Positions 39,653 to 50,840 of a stretch of DNA of 64,000 nt are shown here, piece by piece; positions within the stretch are counted from its first letter, which is position 1, and the number at the start of each line of letters is the position of its first letter. A program made the translations under genes and the position numbers. The stretch comes from an uncultured Chloroflexia bacterium (lineage in GTDB: Bacteria > Chloroflexota > Anaerolineae > CG2-30-64-16), in assembly GCA_963774265.1 (NCBI GenBank), contig CAVZDU010000001.1:1442021-1506020 (forward strand), given 5' to 3'. The notes beneath the pieces are model-generated. The model had not been told where the DNA came from, searched no databases, and worked only from the letters and a program-made list of their open reading frames with translations.

Positions 39653-40423
39653 TTGGCGTCTACCCAGGACCTTCAGGAATACCTGAGAAATGCAGCCGCG
39701 CGTAGCCATGAGGTCTATGCGTGTCCTCCGTTCCATCTCTACCTTCATGAGACGGACGATTTTCGGTTCTTCAACTATGCGATCCCGGATCATCCCCTGG
39801 AAGCGCTGACCGCGGAACAACTCGGCGCCTTGCGCAGCGCCTTCGCGGCTCACGAGCGCACTCTGCGGTTCGAATTTCTCCACGAATATGCCCCGCTGCT
39901 GGGAGCGGCGCTGGACGCATTCGATGTGCCGTTGGAGGGGGAGAACCCCTTGCTGGTTTGTACGGCGGAGACGTGGGCCGCCATGGCGCCACCTGCGGGG
40001 CTGCTGTGTTTGCGCCTTGGGCCGGACTCAGCAGAGCGTGATCTGACAGACTACATTGAGACCCAGAGCCGTGGTTTTGGCGATGAGGGGCGGGGTGCAA
40101 CACCCGCGCGCATCGAGGACCTGCGCACGCGGCTCAGGCTTGGCAACGGCGCCTTTTTAGCCCGGTTGGGTGCGGAGGCAGTCGCTGCCGGCGCATACGC
40201 CGTCCCCCTTGACGGCTTCACCGAGTTGGTCGGCATCGCCACTTTGCCCGAGCACCGCCGGCGGGGTATCGCCGGCGCGCTGACCGCAGTCCTCGCAGAC
40301 GATGCGTTTGCACGCGGCGTGCACACCGCCTTCCTGACTGCCGCGGACGAAGACGCCAGCCGGGTGTACCAACGGTCGGGATTCCGTCGGGTTGGGACCG
40401 GGCTGGCGTATGGGGATCCCTAA
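39653..40423 (+). CDS. GNAT family N-acetyltransferase
   Basis: IATLPEHRRRGIA, VYQRSGF; start uncertain (TTG). Confidence 0.82.
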   Translation: MASTQDLQEYLRNAAARSHEVYACPPFHLYLHETDDFRFFNYAIPDHPLEALTAEQLGALRSAFAAHERTLRFEFLHEYAPLLGAALDAFDVPLEGENPLLVCTAETWAAMAPPAGLLCLRLGPDSAERDLTDYIETQSRGFGDEGRGATPARIEDLRTRLRLGNGAFLARLGAEAVAAGAYAVPLDGFTELVGIATLPEHRRRGIAGALTAVLADDAFARGVHTAFLTAADEDASRVYQRSGFRRVGTGLAYGDP

Positions 40424-40427
40424 CTGT

Positions 40428-41285
40428 CTACGTGAACAGCGGCGTCATCTCGCGTTCCTGCACCAACTTCTGCATCTCGTCGTCGGATGGACGGCGAACG
40501 AAACGGCTCGCCGCATCCAACACCTTTGGAAGCAGGTCCACGTCCCCCGCGGTGTTGAGGAATACCCCTTCCTGCCCCAACACGAACCACACCGCCCGGT
40601 CGAGATCGGCCTGATCCTCCAGCGTCTCATACCAGGTCGCGCGCGTCTTGGGCTTCTCCCCCCAGGGGCCGACAGCCGCGGACTTGATGATCTGCACCGC
40701 GACGTTCCGCTTCAGGCACAGGCGGCGCAGCGCGTCGAAGTTGCGGCGATACGCCTCGTTTTGGTGTAACAAGTAGTTGTAGGGCAGTAGGACCGCGTCG
40801 AAGTCGTGCTTTTCGAGGCTGCGCAGGTGCATGCGCGGCGCGGCCAGCTCGTGCCCCGTCACGCCGACAAAGCGGGTCAACCCTTGAGCCTGGGCTTCCA
40901 AGACCGCCTCCAGGGCGCCATCCGGCCCCATCGCCGTCTGCCACTCGCCCTCATCGATCAGGAAATGCAACTGCAACAGGTCGACGTGGTCGGTCTGCAA
41001 GCGGTCCAGCGAGCGGCGAAACTCGTCCCACGCCTTCGCTTTGGTGCGCTCACCGGTCTTCGTCGCAAGGAAGAAGTGACTTCGGTGTTCCCGCATCCAC
41101 GGTCCGATGCGGTCCTCCGCCTGCCCGTAGGAGGCCGCCGTGTCGATGTGGTTTACGCCGTACTGCAACAGCACGTCCAGGGTGCGGTCCGCTGTGTCCT
41201 GCGACACCCGCCCCAGGGCGGCTGCGCCAAAGAGCGCGCGCGAGCTCATGTGCCCCGTGCGCCCAAATGCTGCCCTCGCGATCAT
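40428..41285 (-). CDS. Aldo/keto reductase
   Basis: [25 protein letters not shown]. Confidence 0.9.
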   Translation of the reverse strand: MIARAAFGRTGHMSSRALFGAAALGRVSQDTADRTLDVLLQYGVNHIDTAASYGQAEDRIGPWMREHRSHFFLATKTGERTKAKAWDEFRRSLDRLQTDHVDLLQLHFLIDEGEWQTAMGPDGALEAVLEAQAQGLTRFVGVTGHELAAPRMHLRSLEKHDFDAVLLPYNYLLHQNEAYRRNFDALRRLCLKRNVAVQIIKSAAVGPWGEKPKTRATWYETLEDQADLDRAVWFVLGQEGVFLNTAGDVDLLPKVLDAASRFVRRPSDDEMQKLVQEREMTPLFT

Positions 41286-41348
41286 GCTACTCTCTCCTGA
41301 TGCGTGTTTCCGTCGTTCTGCCTTTACTGGATTGCTTGCCTTCTGTGG

Positions 41349-42206
41349 TTATGTCTTTCCGTAGTCGTAGAACCCCCTGCCGCTTTTACGACCCAGCCAC
41401 CCTGCGCTAACCATGCGGCGGAGCAGGGGCGGCGCGGCGAACCGGGGGTCCTTTGTCTCATCGAACACCGCGTCCGCGATGAACAGGGTCGTGTCCAGCC
41501 CGACGAAATCCAGCAGCGTGAAAGGACCCATCGGATGGTTGAGCCCCAGGCGGATGGCTGTGTCGAAGTCCTCCTTCGTCGCCACACCCTTTTCGAGCTC
41601 GGCAATGGCCTGAAGCAAGTAGGGGATAAGGAGCAGGTTGACAATGAAGCCCGGCGTGTCCTTGCTTACAACGATGGTCTTGCCCAGGCTTTCGCCGAAG
41701 GCTCTGGCCGCCCCGAATGTCTCGTCGCTGGTCAGGACCGTGCGCACCATCTCGAGCAGGGGCATGACCGGCACGGGCTGCATGAAATGGAGCCCCAACA
41801 CCCTGTCCGGCCGCTTGGTGGCGGCGGCCATATCCGTGATGGCCAGGGAAGAGGTATTGGAGGCGAGGATCGTGTGAGGCGGAGCGCATGCGTCAAGTTC
41901 GGCGAACACTTTGCGTTTAAGGTCCAGCTTCTCGGTGATGGCCTCGATCACCAGGTCGCATTCGCGCATGTCATCGAGCCGGGTTACGCCCATGATGCGG
42001 GCCTGCGCTGCATCCCGGTCCTCAGCAGACAGTTTGCCCTTGCTCACTGCCCGATCCATCGATCCGTTGATGCGCTTCATACCGGCCTGCAGCAGATCGC
42101 CGTTGACTTCCTGGACGACGACTGTATACCCTGATTTGGAGCACACCTCGGCAATGCCAGCGCCCATCAGGCCGCATCCTACAATACCCACGCGTTCGAT
42201 CGACAT
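41349..42206 (-). CDS. hbd: 3-hydroxybutyryl-CoA dehydrogenase
   Basis: GCGLMGAGIA, EAITE, SNTSS, GLHF, PGFIVN, HPMGP. Confidence 0.9.
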   Translation of the reverse strand: MSIERVGIVGCGLMGAGIAEVCSKSGYTVVVQEVNGDLLQAGMKRINGSMDRAVSKGKLSAEDRDAAQARIMGVTRLDDMRECDLVIEAITEKLDLKRKVFAELDACAPPHTILASNTSSLAITDMAAATKRPDRVLGLHFMQPVPVMPLLEMVRTVLTSDETFGAARAFGESLGKTIVVSKDTPGFIVNLLLIPYLLQAIAELEKGVATKEDFDTAIRLGLNHPMGPFTLLDFVGLDTTLFIADAVFDETKDPRFAAPPLLRRMVSAGWLGRKSGRGFYDYGKT

Positions 42207-42420
42207 GATTGGCCCTCCTTGGCTCGTCAAGTGGCGAACGATGACAGCACCAGTATAGCGGTTTGCCGGGAGCGTGACAAGCTCGCGCGTACTGCATCAA
42301 GGCCTCCGGCAACTCAGCTAATTAAACGAAATAGTTGATCTGCACGCCCGCTTACTGACGTATGCTCGCCGGGATGCGATGTTAGTGCTCCTGAGTGAGA
42401 TTCTTAAGAAGGAGAGAGTC

Positions 42421-42999
42421 ATGAATCGGGCAAATAGCAGGGCCGGTTTCCTGCGCCGGCTAACCGTGTTGACGATAGTTGTGAGCGCCGCGGTGATCAT
42501 CTCCGCCTGCGCAGCTCCTACAGCCGCGCCCAGTGCGCAGACCGCGGCCACGCAGGCGCCAGCAGCCTCCCAGGCTCCCGCGCCGACTGACGCACCGATG
42601 GCGACCGAAGCCCCCACGAATGCTCCCGCGGCGACGGATGCACCAGTCGCAACGGAAGCGCCGACCGAGGCGCCTACAGAAGCCGCCAACCAGGTCCCTG
42701 CCGCGAGCTCGGGCGGCGCAGTCAGCTTCAGCAAGGATGTTGTGCCGATTATTGAGCAGACATGCATCAAGTGCCACGGTGGCTCGGATGGCATTAAGGG
42801 TGATTTGAGTATGAAAACCCATGCCGACCTCATGAAGGGCGGTCAGGACGGGGTGGTCGTCGTTCCTGGTGACGCAGCCAACAGCATGATGGTCAAGCTG
42901 ATCACCGAGGGTAAGATGCCCAAGCGCGGGCCCAAACTGCCGCAGGAGCAGATCGACCTGATCGCACAGTGGGTGAATGAGGGCGCGCCGAACAATTAG
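42421..42999 (+). CDS. Lipoprotein monoheme c-type cytochrome with Ala/Pro/Thr linker
   Basis: Lipobox ISAC, TEAP repeats, CIKCH, distal KMP, WVNEGA. Confidence 0.85.
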   Translation: MNRANSRAGFLRRLTVLTIVVSAAVIISACAAPTAAPSAQTAATQAPAASQAPAPTDAPMATEAPTNAPAATDAPVATEAPTEAPTEAANQVPAASSGGAVSFSKDVVPIIEQTCIKCHGGSDGIKGDLSMKTHADLMKGGQDGVVVVPGDAANSMMVKLITEGKMPKRGPKLPQEQIDLIAQWVNEGAPNN

Positions 43000-43010
43000 G
43001 TGACAATTAT

Positions 43011-43038
43011 CGGAGCACGAAGGCTCCTTCGTGCTCCG
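43011..43038 (+). terminator. Hairpin downstream of cytochrome gene
   Basis: CGGAGCACGAAG-GCTC-CTTCGTGCTCCG. Confidence 0.6.
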
Positions 43039-43207
43039 AACATCTGGTCCCTCTCGATTGCCCAATCCCCCCGCTCTGTTGTACAATCACTTTCAACCGG
43101 CCGCCACAACTCACTTTGCCCTGCGCCGGTTCAAAAAGAGTGCGCCTGCCTGGGACGAATCCCCGACGCGACTTCACTCATTGACGGCGGTTAATTCAGC
43201 TAGGCTT

Positions 43208-44169
43208 ATGCAAATTACACTGGCCACGCGTATGCTCTTGCGGCGTTCCCTGATGCTTCAAGCGACGGGGGCCGCCCTTGCGGTAGGCGGCGCCGCCTAC
43301 TACTTCACCCACCCTCAGACCGCGTTGCATCCGAGCTGCCGGAAGACTTGAAACAGGACGCTCAAAGCGTCACGCTCACCGCCACTGATGGCGCACGGTT
43401 GCACGGCACGTGGATTCCGGGCCGTGGGGTGAACGGCTTGCCGTTCGATCGCACCATCGTCCATCACCACGGCTACAATAGTTGTGGCGGCGTGCTGCTT
43501 GCCAGGCGTGCCTTTTTCCAGCGGACTGCCGTCCCTCTGCCGTGGACCGAGCAGCAGGAGTCGCTGTGTGCCTGGCCCGTGGTATACGAAGGCTTGCAAA
43601 GGGGTTACAACTTTCTGCTGATCGATGCACGCGCACACGGCGAGTCCGGCGGCGCATGGGACCCTACGGGCGTGCAGGCAGTGTCCGACGCGGCCAAGTG
43701 GGCGTGCTGGCTGCGCGAGACGCATACCCAACTCTGGGCGGGGCTGTGGGGCAATTCCTTTGGAGCAGCGGTCGGGCTCGGGCTCGCCTTGCGGCCATCC
43801 GGCGGCGGGTACGATGCCATGGTGCTGGATAGCCCGGTAGTCACCTCCGAGGGCGTCTATTCTGGTGTGGTGGCCGCGCCGTTGTATGCCGCCATCCAGC
43901 CGGTGCTTCAGCGGGTGGGCAACCACACACTTTATCCATCACTCCAGGCGCATCGGCCCTGGATGCCCATCCTGTTGATTCATGGCGTCGAGGACGGGCA
44001 TGTGCCCGTCTGGCAGAGCGAGCTTGCCTACGAATCGATCCAGGATCCAGATGATCCGGATCGGGCCGGCCTATGGCTGGTGCCCGGCGCCAAGCACTTG
44101 CAGTCGTTGGAGGTTGCGCCGGAAGAATACGTCAAGCGCACCCTGGATTGGTTCGACAAGTGGATGTAG
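43208..44169 (+). CDS. Alpha/beta hydrolase with N-terminal anchor (frameshift near 43333)
   Basis: HHGY, DARAHGES, GNSFG nucleophile elbow, HGVEDGHV, GAKH; hydrophobic N-terminus lies in the adjacent frame. Confidence 0.8.
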
Positions 44170-44182
44170 TTGGAGGCATTTT

Positions 44183-44875
44183 TTGAATAAGTCCCTCGTC
44201 GGCATCTTGCGCTGGCTTATTGCGTTAGCCATGCCGGTCTTTATCGTCTTGATGTGGCTGCGGATCGTTTGGAACCCGTGGTTTGTGCAGTGGGAATACG
44301 GCAAGCCGGACTTCCCGCCCGATACTTACGGATTTGCGAACGAGCAGAGGATCGGGTACGTCCTGCAGTGGGTGGATTACTACAACAGCAGCACATCGCC
44401 CGAGGCCGGCGCGCAGGCCTTCGCGGCGCTGCGCATGCCGGGTACGGACCAGCCGCTTTACTCCCCCTACGAAGTCAGCCACATGGTGGACGTGCGGCTC
44501 CTGACTGACACACTCTGGCGGCTCCTGCCCGTGGCAGGCGTCATCGTCGTCGGTGGGTTGCTCCTGCTGCTCATCCGCGGGCGCACGCGGCGCGACGGCT
44601 ACGCGGCGCTCTACGTAGGCGGGCTGATCAGCACGGTGCTGCTTCTGGCGGTCATCTTGTTTGTTCTGCTGTCCTGGCGGACCTTCTTCGTTACCTTGCA
44701 CGATGTCTTCTTCCCGCCCGGCACCTGGCAGTTTGACTGGACCAGCACGCTGATCCGTATCTTCCCGGACCGCTTCTGGTTCGATGCTGGCGTGTTGCTG
44801 GTGGGTGGTGCGTTGGTTGTCAGCGTGATGGTGACATTGGCGGGCTATCTATTGGGCCGGCGCACAAGGGTCTAA
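44183..44875 (+). CDS. DUF1461/TIGR01906 membrane protein (Lit-like lipoprotein transacylase family)
   Basis: Four TM segments; EVSHMVDV and FVTLHDVFF histidines; WQFD...LIRIFP; GGAGG RBS before TTG. Confidence 0.75.
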   Translation: MNKSLVGILRWLIALAMPVFIVLMWLRIVWNPWFVQWEYGKPDFPPDTYGFANEQRIGYVLQWVDYYNSSTSPEAGAQAFAALRMPGTDQPLYSPYEVSHMVDVRLLTDTLWRLLPVAGVIVVGGLLLLLIRGRTRRDGYAALYVGGLISTVLLLAVILFVLLSWRTFFVTLHDVFFPPGTWQFDWTSTLIRIFPDRFWFDAGVLLVGGALVVSVMVTLAGYLLGRRTRV

Positions 44876-44883
44876 GGAGATTC

Positions 44884-46445
44884 ATGGCACATCAAGCGAA
44901 GATTACTCGCCTGCGTGATCTCAAGTATTCTTCGGGCCTGGGTGGGGGTGAAGAGCGCATTAAGGCGCAGCACGCCAAGGGTAAGTTGACGGCCCGCGAG
45001 CGAGTTGATCTGCTGCTCGACAAAGGTTCCTTCACTGAGCTTGATCGCTTCGTCGTTCAGCGCGGGGGGAGACGAGCGATTTCGGAAAAGCGGGCCAGCC
45101 GATGGGTGACGGCGTGGTGACCGGCTACGGCACCATCGACCGCCGGCTGGTCTACGTCTATTCGCAGGATTTCACGGTGATTCGGCGGCTCGCTGGGTGA
45201 GGCCCATGCAGAAAAGATCTGCAAGGTCATGGACCTGGCGATGAAGAACGGCGCGCCGGTGATCGGCCTGAACGATTCCGGCGGCGCGCGCATCCAGGAG
45301 GGCGTCTTCTCGCCTGGGCGGGTATGCCGACATCTTTCTGCGCAACACGCTGGCGTCGGGCGTCGTCCCGCAGATCAGCATGATCATGGGACCCTCTGCC
45401 GGCGGTGCGGTCTACTCGCCGGCCATCACCGACTTCATCGTCATGGTCAAGGACACCAGCTATATGTTCGTGACCGGGCCGGATGTGGTGAAGACGGTGA
45501 CACACGAGCAGGTGTCAGTTCGAGGAGTTGGGCGGCGCGCTGACCCACGCGTCCACTCAGCGGCGTGGCTCATTTCGCGGCCGATGGCGAGGAGGACGCC
45601 GTCTTCCTGGTCCAGAAGCTGCTGAGCTACCTGCCCTCCAACAACATGGAGGACCCGCCCATCATGCGCTCGGACGACGACCCTCTGCGCACCGATGAGG
45701 CGTTGGAGAGTGTGATCCCCGAGGAGCCGAACAAGCCCTACGACATGCACGAGGTCATCAGCAAGGTCGTGGACAACGGCGAGTTCCTGGAGATCATGCA
45801 GAACTGGGCGGGCAACATCCTCATCGGCTACGCGCGGCTCGACGGTCGCACGGTGGGCATCGTCGCGAACCAGCCAGCCGTGCTGGCCGGCGTGCTCGAC
45901 ATCAACGCCAGCATCAAGGCGGCGCGCTTCGTCCGTTTCTGCGACTGCGTTCAACATCCCTATCGTCACGTTCGTGGACGTGCCCGGCTTCTTGCCCGGC
46001 ACTGTGCAGGAACACGGCGGGATCATCCGCCACGGCGCCAAGCTGATCTACGCCTATGCCGAGGCGACCGTGCCGAAGCTGACCGTGGTCACGCGCAAGG
46101 CCTACGGCGGCGCCTATTGCGTTATGATCGTCCAAGCACATGCGCGGCGACATCAACCTGGCCTGGCCCATCGGCCGAGATCGCGGTCATGGGACCGGAT
46201 GGCGCGGTGAATATCGTCTTCCGCGCGAAATCGCCTCCTCGTCCGACCCCGAGGAAACGCGGGCGCAACTGGTGGCCGAGTATCGGGAGAAGTTCGCCAA
46301 TCCCTACGTGGCTGCATCGCGCGGCTATCTCGATGCAGTGATCGAGCCGAACGAGACTCGCCCGCGGCTGATCAACGCGCTGGAGATGCTGCAGAACAAG
46401 CGGGACACGAACCCGCCCAAGAAGCACGGGAATATTCCGTTGTGA
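44884..46445 (+). CDS. pccB: Acyl-CoA (propionyl-CoA) carboxylase carboxyltransferase subunit, many frameshifts
   Basis: [49 protein letters not shown] across fragments. Confidence 0.85.
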
Positions 46446-46452
46446 TTTGCCG

Positions 46453-48008
46453 ATGTTCAAGAAGATTCTGATCGCCAATCGCGGCGAAATCGCCGTCCGC
46501 GTCATCCGGGCGTGCCAGGAGCGCGGGCTCACGACCGTGGCCGTCTATTCCGATGCCGATCGGGCCGCGCTGCACGTGCGCTATCGCCGACGAAGCGTAC
46601 CGCATCGGCCCGCCGCCGGCGCGCGAGAGCTACCTGAACATCCCGGCGATCATCGCGGCGGCGCAGACGGTCGGGCGCGGAGGCCATCCATCCCGGCTAC
46701 GGCTTCCTCTCGGAGAACGAGGAGTTCGCGCAGGCCGTGCTGGACGCCGGCCTCGCGTGGGTTGGCCCGTCGCCGGCGGCCATCCGGGCGATGGGCGACA
46801 AGGTGGCAAGGCGCGCCGCACGATGATCGCGGCCGGCGTGCCGGTGGTGCCGGGCAGCGATCCCGCGGGATGTGACGCGTCCACCGGGCTGAGCGACGGC
46901 GAGGCTGTCCGCGGCCGCGGAGGAGATCGGCTACCCGGTGCTGGTCAAGGCGTCGGCCGGCGGGCGGCGGCAAGGGGATGCGCGTGGTCAGCGAGCCGGC
47001 CGAGCTGCTCGCGGCCTTGGCGGCCGCCCGCCGCGAGGCGCTCAGAGTGCGTTCGGCGACGACACCGTCTACCTCGAGAAACTGATCACCCGCGCACGGC
47101 ACGTCGAAATCCAGGTGCTGGCCGACAGCTACGGCAACTGCGTCCACCTGGGCGAGCGCGAATGCTCGATCCAGCGCCGGCACCAGAAGCTGATCGAGGA
47201 GTCGCCGTCGGTGGCCGTGACGCCCGAGCTGCGCGCGCGAGATGGGCGCGGTCGCGGTGCGCGCCGCCCAGGCGGTCGGCTACAGCAACGCCGGCACCGT
47301 CGAGTTCCTCCTGGACCGGTCCGGCAACTTCTACTTCCTCGAGATGAACACCCGGCTTCAGGTCGAGCACCCGGTCACCGAGCTGGTGACCGGCATCGAC
47401 ATCGTCAAGGAGCAGTTCGCCATCGCCGTCGGGACGCAAGCTGCGCTGGACGCAGGATGAGATCACGTTCAAGGGCCATGCCATCGAATGTCGCATCAGC
47501 GCCGAAAATCCGTATAATAACTTTCTGCCGGAGGCCGGGCGGATCACCAGCCTGATCGAGCCGACCGGGCCGGGCGTGCGGCTGGAGAGCGGCATCTATG
47601 CCGGCTGGGAAGTCAGCCTGTATCTACGATCCGCTGCTGGCGAAGCTGAGTCGTCTGGGGCGAGACCCGGCCCGAGGCGATCCTGCGGATGCGCCGCGCG
47701 CTGGACGAGTATCGCATCGGCGGCATCCACACGACGATTCCGTTCCACCAGCAGGTGATGGACAGCATCGGCTTCCAGTGGGGCCAGTTCGACACGCAGT
47801 TCGTCGATGGGCCGGACGGCTTCCGCATGTCCGCTGCGCCCAGCCGTGACCTGGCGCAGGTGGCCGCGGTGGCCGCGGCGCTGGTCGAGCACGAACAGGA
47901 GCCAGCAGGCCGTCATCCTGGGCACGCCGTGCGACGGGGAGGGCGTCCGTGTGTCGCCGTGGAAGCAGATCGCGGCGCCGGCCAGCGGTCCGGCACAGGA
48001 CGACATGA
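46453..48008 (+). CDS. accC: Biotin carboxylase subunit, many frameshifts
   Basis: [49 protein letters not shown] across fragments; end approximate. Confidence 0.85.
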
Positions 48009-48514
48009 AGTATTTCGCCACGGTCAACGACCAGACTTACGAAATCGACATCGACCACCACGGCCGGGTGACGGTGGATGGCATGGAGCTGGCCGCCGAC
48101 ATGCAGGCTGGTGGGCGGAACCAACCTCTACTCGCTGCTGCTGAATAACATCTCTCACGAGGTCGTGCTCGATCCCGACAACGACAAACAGGGCACCTAT
48201 GGCGTGATGGACGGGCGGTCTGCGCTACGTGGTGAAGGTGCAGGACGAGCGTTCGCGGCGGCTCGCGCTGGTCGATCGCAGCCTTGCGACCGCCAGACGG
48301 CGAGTTGTCGATCAAGGCGCCCATCCCGGGACTGGTGGTCAAGGTGGCCGTTGAGCCCGGTCAGGAGGTGGCCGAGGGCGATACGTTGATCATTCTGGAA
48401 GCCATGAAGATGGAGAATGAGCTGCGCGCACCCCGTGCAGGGGTCGTGCTCGAAGTCAAAGTTGATCCCGGCGCCCAGGTCGCGTTGGGGCAGGCAATGG
48501 TCTCGTTGAGATAG
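48005..48514 (+). CDS. Biotin carboxyl carrier protein, frameshifted
   Basis: MKYFATVND start; APIPG and EAMKMENE biotinylation motif. Confidence 0.85.
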
Positions 48515-48531
48515 CATGGGGAGAGTCACCT

Positions 48532-49179
48532 ATGAAGCATACCGCAAATACACTTGAGATCAACCACAGCGACGTCCCGATCCGGTTATTCGAATCGGAC
48601 CTCCTGGAATTCTTCACACATATCACCCCACTCGCCATCACAATTATCTGGGCGCCGGTGATCATCTTTTTCTTGGCGCGCTCAATTGTGAAATTGGGTC
48701 CCGGCCAAAGTTGGGCCCCTATCCCGCTCGGATTGCTCATCGGCCTGTTCCTGTGGACGTTCGCCGAGTATACTCTCCACCGCTTCGTCTTTCATTTTGA
48801 CCCGAAGTCGGAGCGCGTGGCCAAGATCTGGTTTATGTTTCACGGCGTCCACCATGCTCAGCCACAACTCAAAACGCGGCTCGTCATGCCGCCTGCGTTG
48901 AGCATTCCCCTGGCGATTCTGTTCTACTTCATCTTTGACCTGGTGTTTGGTCGCTTGCTTGGCGGACCGCAGTGGGTTGATTCGCTCTTCGCCGGGTTTA
49001 TGATTGGCTACCTCGTGTACGATCTGATTCACTATGCGACGCATCATTGGCCCATACGCGGGGGCTATCTGAAGTATCTCAAGCGCTATCATATGATGCA
49101 TCATTTCAAGACCCCCAGCGCCCGCTATGGCGTGAGCTCACCCGTATGGGATATGGTGTTTGGGACAAAGCCGCAGTAG
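48532..49179 (+). CDS. Fatty acid hydroxylase/sterol desaturase family
   Basis: His boxes EYTLHRFVFH, HGVHH, HYATHH, HMMHH. Confidence 0.9.
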   Translation: MKHTANTLEINHSDVPIRLFESDLLEFFTHITPLAITIIWAPVIIFFLARSIVKLGPGQSWAPIPLGLLIGLFLWTFAEYTLHRFVFHFDPKSERVAKIWFMFHGVHHAQPQLKTRLVMPPALSIPLAILFYFIFDLVFGRLLGGPQWVDSLFAGFMIGYLVYDLIHYATHHWPIRGGYLKYLKRYHMMHHFKTPSARYGVSSPVWDMVFGTKPQ

Positions 49180-49193
49180 CCTGACTTGCATCA

Positions 49194-50705
49194 CGTGTCA
49201 AGCCAAATGATAATGTTACCGAGAGGTAGTCGTTGGGCCAAGTGATAATGTTACCCGGCCAGCTCCTTTCGTTAGGGTTTCCATCAGGATCGTCGTAGCA
49301 GGGGCTGTGGGTATGTGGGCAACTCGCAGCGCAGCGGAGAGTTGTCCACATACCCACAGCCCACGGTTAGGCGGCCAGCCGGAGAGCTGACTGATAGTCA
49401 GCCGGTAGTCCGGTCGGCTGTGCGAGAATCGTGGCCGCCGCGCGCACATCGACCGGACCCGCCGCTAACGGCAGTGCGGCGATCGCGTCGATGAGTTGGT
49501 AAATCTCCTGGCGTAGCCGGCGCGGATTCGTCTGTTGCCGCAGTTGCGCCAGCTGCGCTTGCCGTTCTGGGGCGATCCTCTGGGCGGCACAGACCCGCTC
49601 GAAGGGCGTTTGGGCCACATCATAGCGCCGCGTGAGATGGGGGCGCTGACCTTCCGCCGCCACGCGCATCTTGGCGACGATGTGTAGGACCGGCTGGAAG
49701 AAGTTGTAGTACAGCCACATTTTGTCGTAGAGCTGATTCACGAGCGCCACCTGGGCTAAGCTGTCGAGCCGGTCGAAGCCCAGGTAGGCTCGCACCAACG
49801 AGTGGTTCTTCTGCTCGACAAAGCGGTTGTCGTTTTTCTGCCAGGGTCGGCTGCGCGAGAGATGCAGGCCCGGCACCTGGTCCTTGAAGAAGCGCCAGAC
49901 ATGGTGGTTGAGGAACTCCGACCCGTTGTCAGGATGCAATTCCAGCAAGGTGAAGGGCAGGCGCGTCAGGATGCGCCGGAAGCCGGCCTCCATGATCAGC
50001 CCGCTGCGGCCCAGCACGGCGACGCGTTCGCTCCAGCCGGTGGCCACGTCGACCATCTGCAAGGTGTGCAGGTAGTCGCCGGAGGCACTCGGCCCGCAGT
50101 GATGGACCAGGTCGACCTCGCAGTGCCCCGGCTCGCCGATATCCCAGGGGATGCGCTGGGCCGGGATCTGGCGCAGGATTTGCAGGGCGCGTTCTGGGCC
50201 GCGCCGGGGCAGCCGGTGTTCGTCTTGGCGCATGCGTTTGAGGATGCGTTTGACCGTGCGCACGCTGATCTGGCCTAGTTGCGCCAGCACTGGCTCTGAA
50301 ACGACCAGCTCACCATGCGTCATCAGCAGCCGCGCCGTCGGCAGCAAGCTGGGCGTCAGTCGTTCCGCACAAATGTAATCCAGGCTCTCGGCAATGACGC
50401 GGATCGCATCGTCTACCGCGTGGCTGTAGGTGCGCCCACGTTGGCGGTGCCGTGCGCGGCGCACCGGCTCCGCTTTCATGAGCCGAATCAGGCTCTTGCG
50501 GTGCAACTCGGTCACGTGGACCATCTCATCCAGCAACCGGCTGCGCTCGCTACGGTGCGCCTGCACATAACGCAGACGCATGCGCAGCAGATACTTGCGG
50601 CGTTCGTTGATTGTCATTTTGTCTTCAGCAGGCATAGGCCCTCGGTAACATTTTCATTTGGCCTAACTATACCTGCTTCGGTAACATTTTAGCTGGCCTA
50701 ACGCG
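49194..50705 (-). mobile_element. Complete insertion sequence (rve-type DDE transposase; IS481/IS1202-like, family uncertain)
   Basis: Imperfect terminal IRs (CGTGTCAAGCCAAATGATAATGTTACC vs revcomp CGCGTTAGGCCAGCTAAAATGTTACC), each end with two repeat copies; CATCA direct repeat at 49189-49193 and 50706-50710. Confidence 0.9.
49367..50635 (-). CDS. DDE transposase (integrase core)
   Basis: EVDLVHH, HPDNGSEF, NDNRFVEQKN catalytic D-D-E motifs. Confidence 0.92.
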   Translation of the reverse strand: MPAEDKMTINERRKYLLRMRLRYVQAHRSERSRLLDEMVHVTELHRKSLIRLMKAEPVRRARHRQRGRTYSHAVDDAIRVIAESLDYICAERLTPSLLPTARLLMTHGELVVSEPVLAQLGQISVRTVKRILKRMRQDEHRLPRRGPERALQILRQIPAQRIPWDIGEPGHCEVDLVHHCGPSASGDYLHTLQMVDVATGWSERVAVLGRSGLIMEAGFRRILTRLPFTLLELHPDNGSEFLNHHVWRFFKDQVPGLHLSRSRPWQKNDNRFVEQKNHSLVRAYLGFDRLDSLAQVALVNQLYDKMWLYYNFFQPVLHIVAKMRVAAEGQRPHLTRRYDVAQTPFERVCAAQRIAPERQAQLAQLRQQTNPRRLRQEIYQLIDAIAALPLAAGPVDVRAAATILAQPTGLPADYQSALRLAA

Positions 50706-50710
50706 CATCA

Positions 50711-50739
50711 TTGACGCCAGCCTACAAATCATTTATCCT
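50711..50739 (+). promoter_or_regulatory. Promoter immediately adjacent to the IS target site
   Basis: TTGACG-N17-TATCCT. Confidence 0.55.
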
Positions 50740-50840
50740 TGCCACGATGACCGGCGCGTTGGGAACCATCCCTTCAAGGGACTCGGCGCCGGTCGTTTAA
50801 TTGGGTCCCATCCCCTTCGGGGGACGCGCAGGAGTGAACC

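Noticed and set aside
50741-50840. Cobalamin riboswitch upstream of B12-related genes
   Set aside because: Short leader and no recognisable B12-box or conserved core; kept only as an unexplained structured leader.
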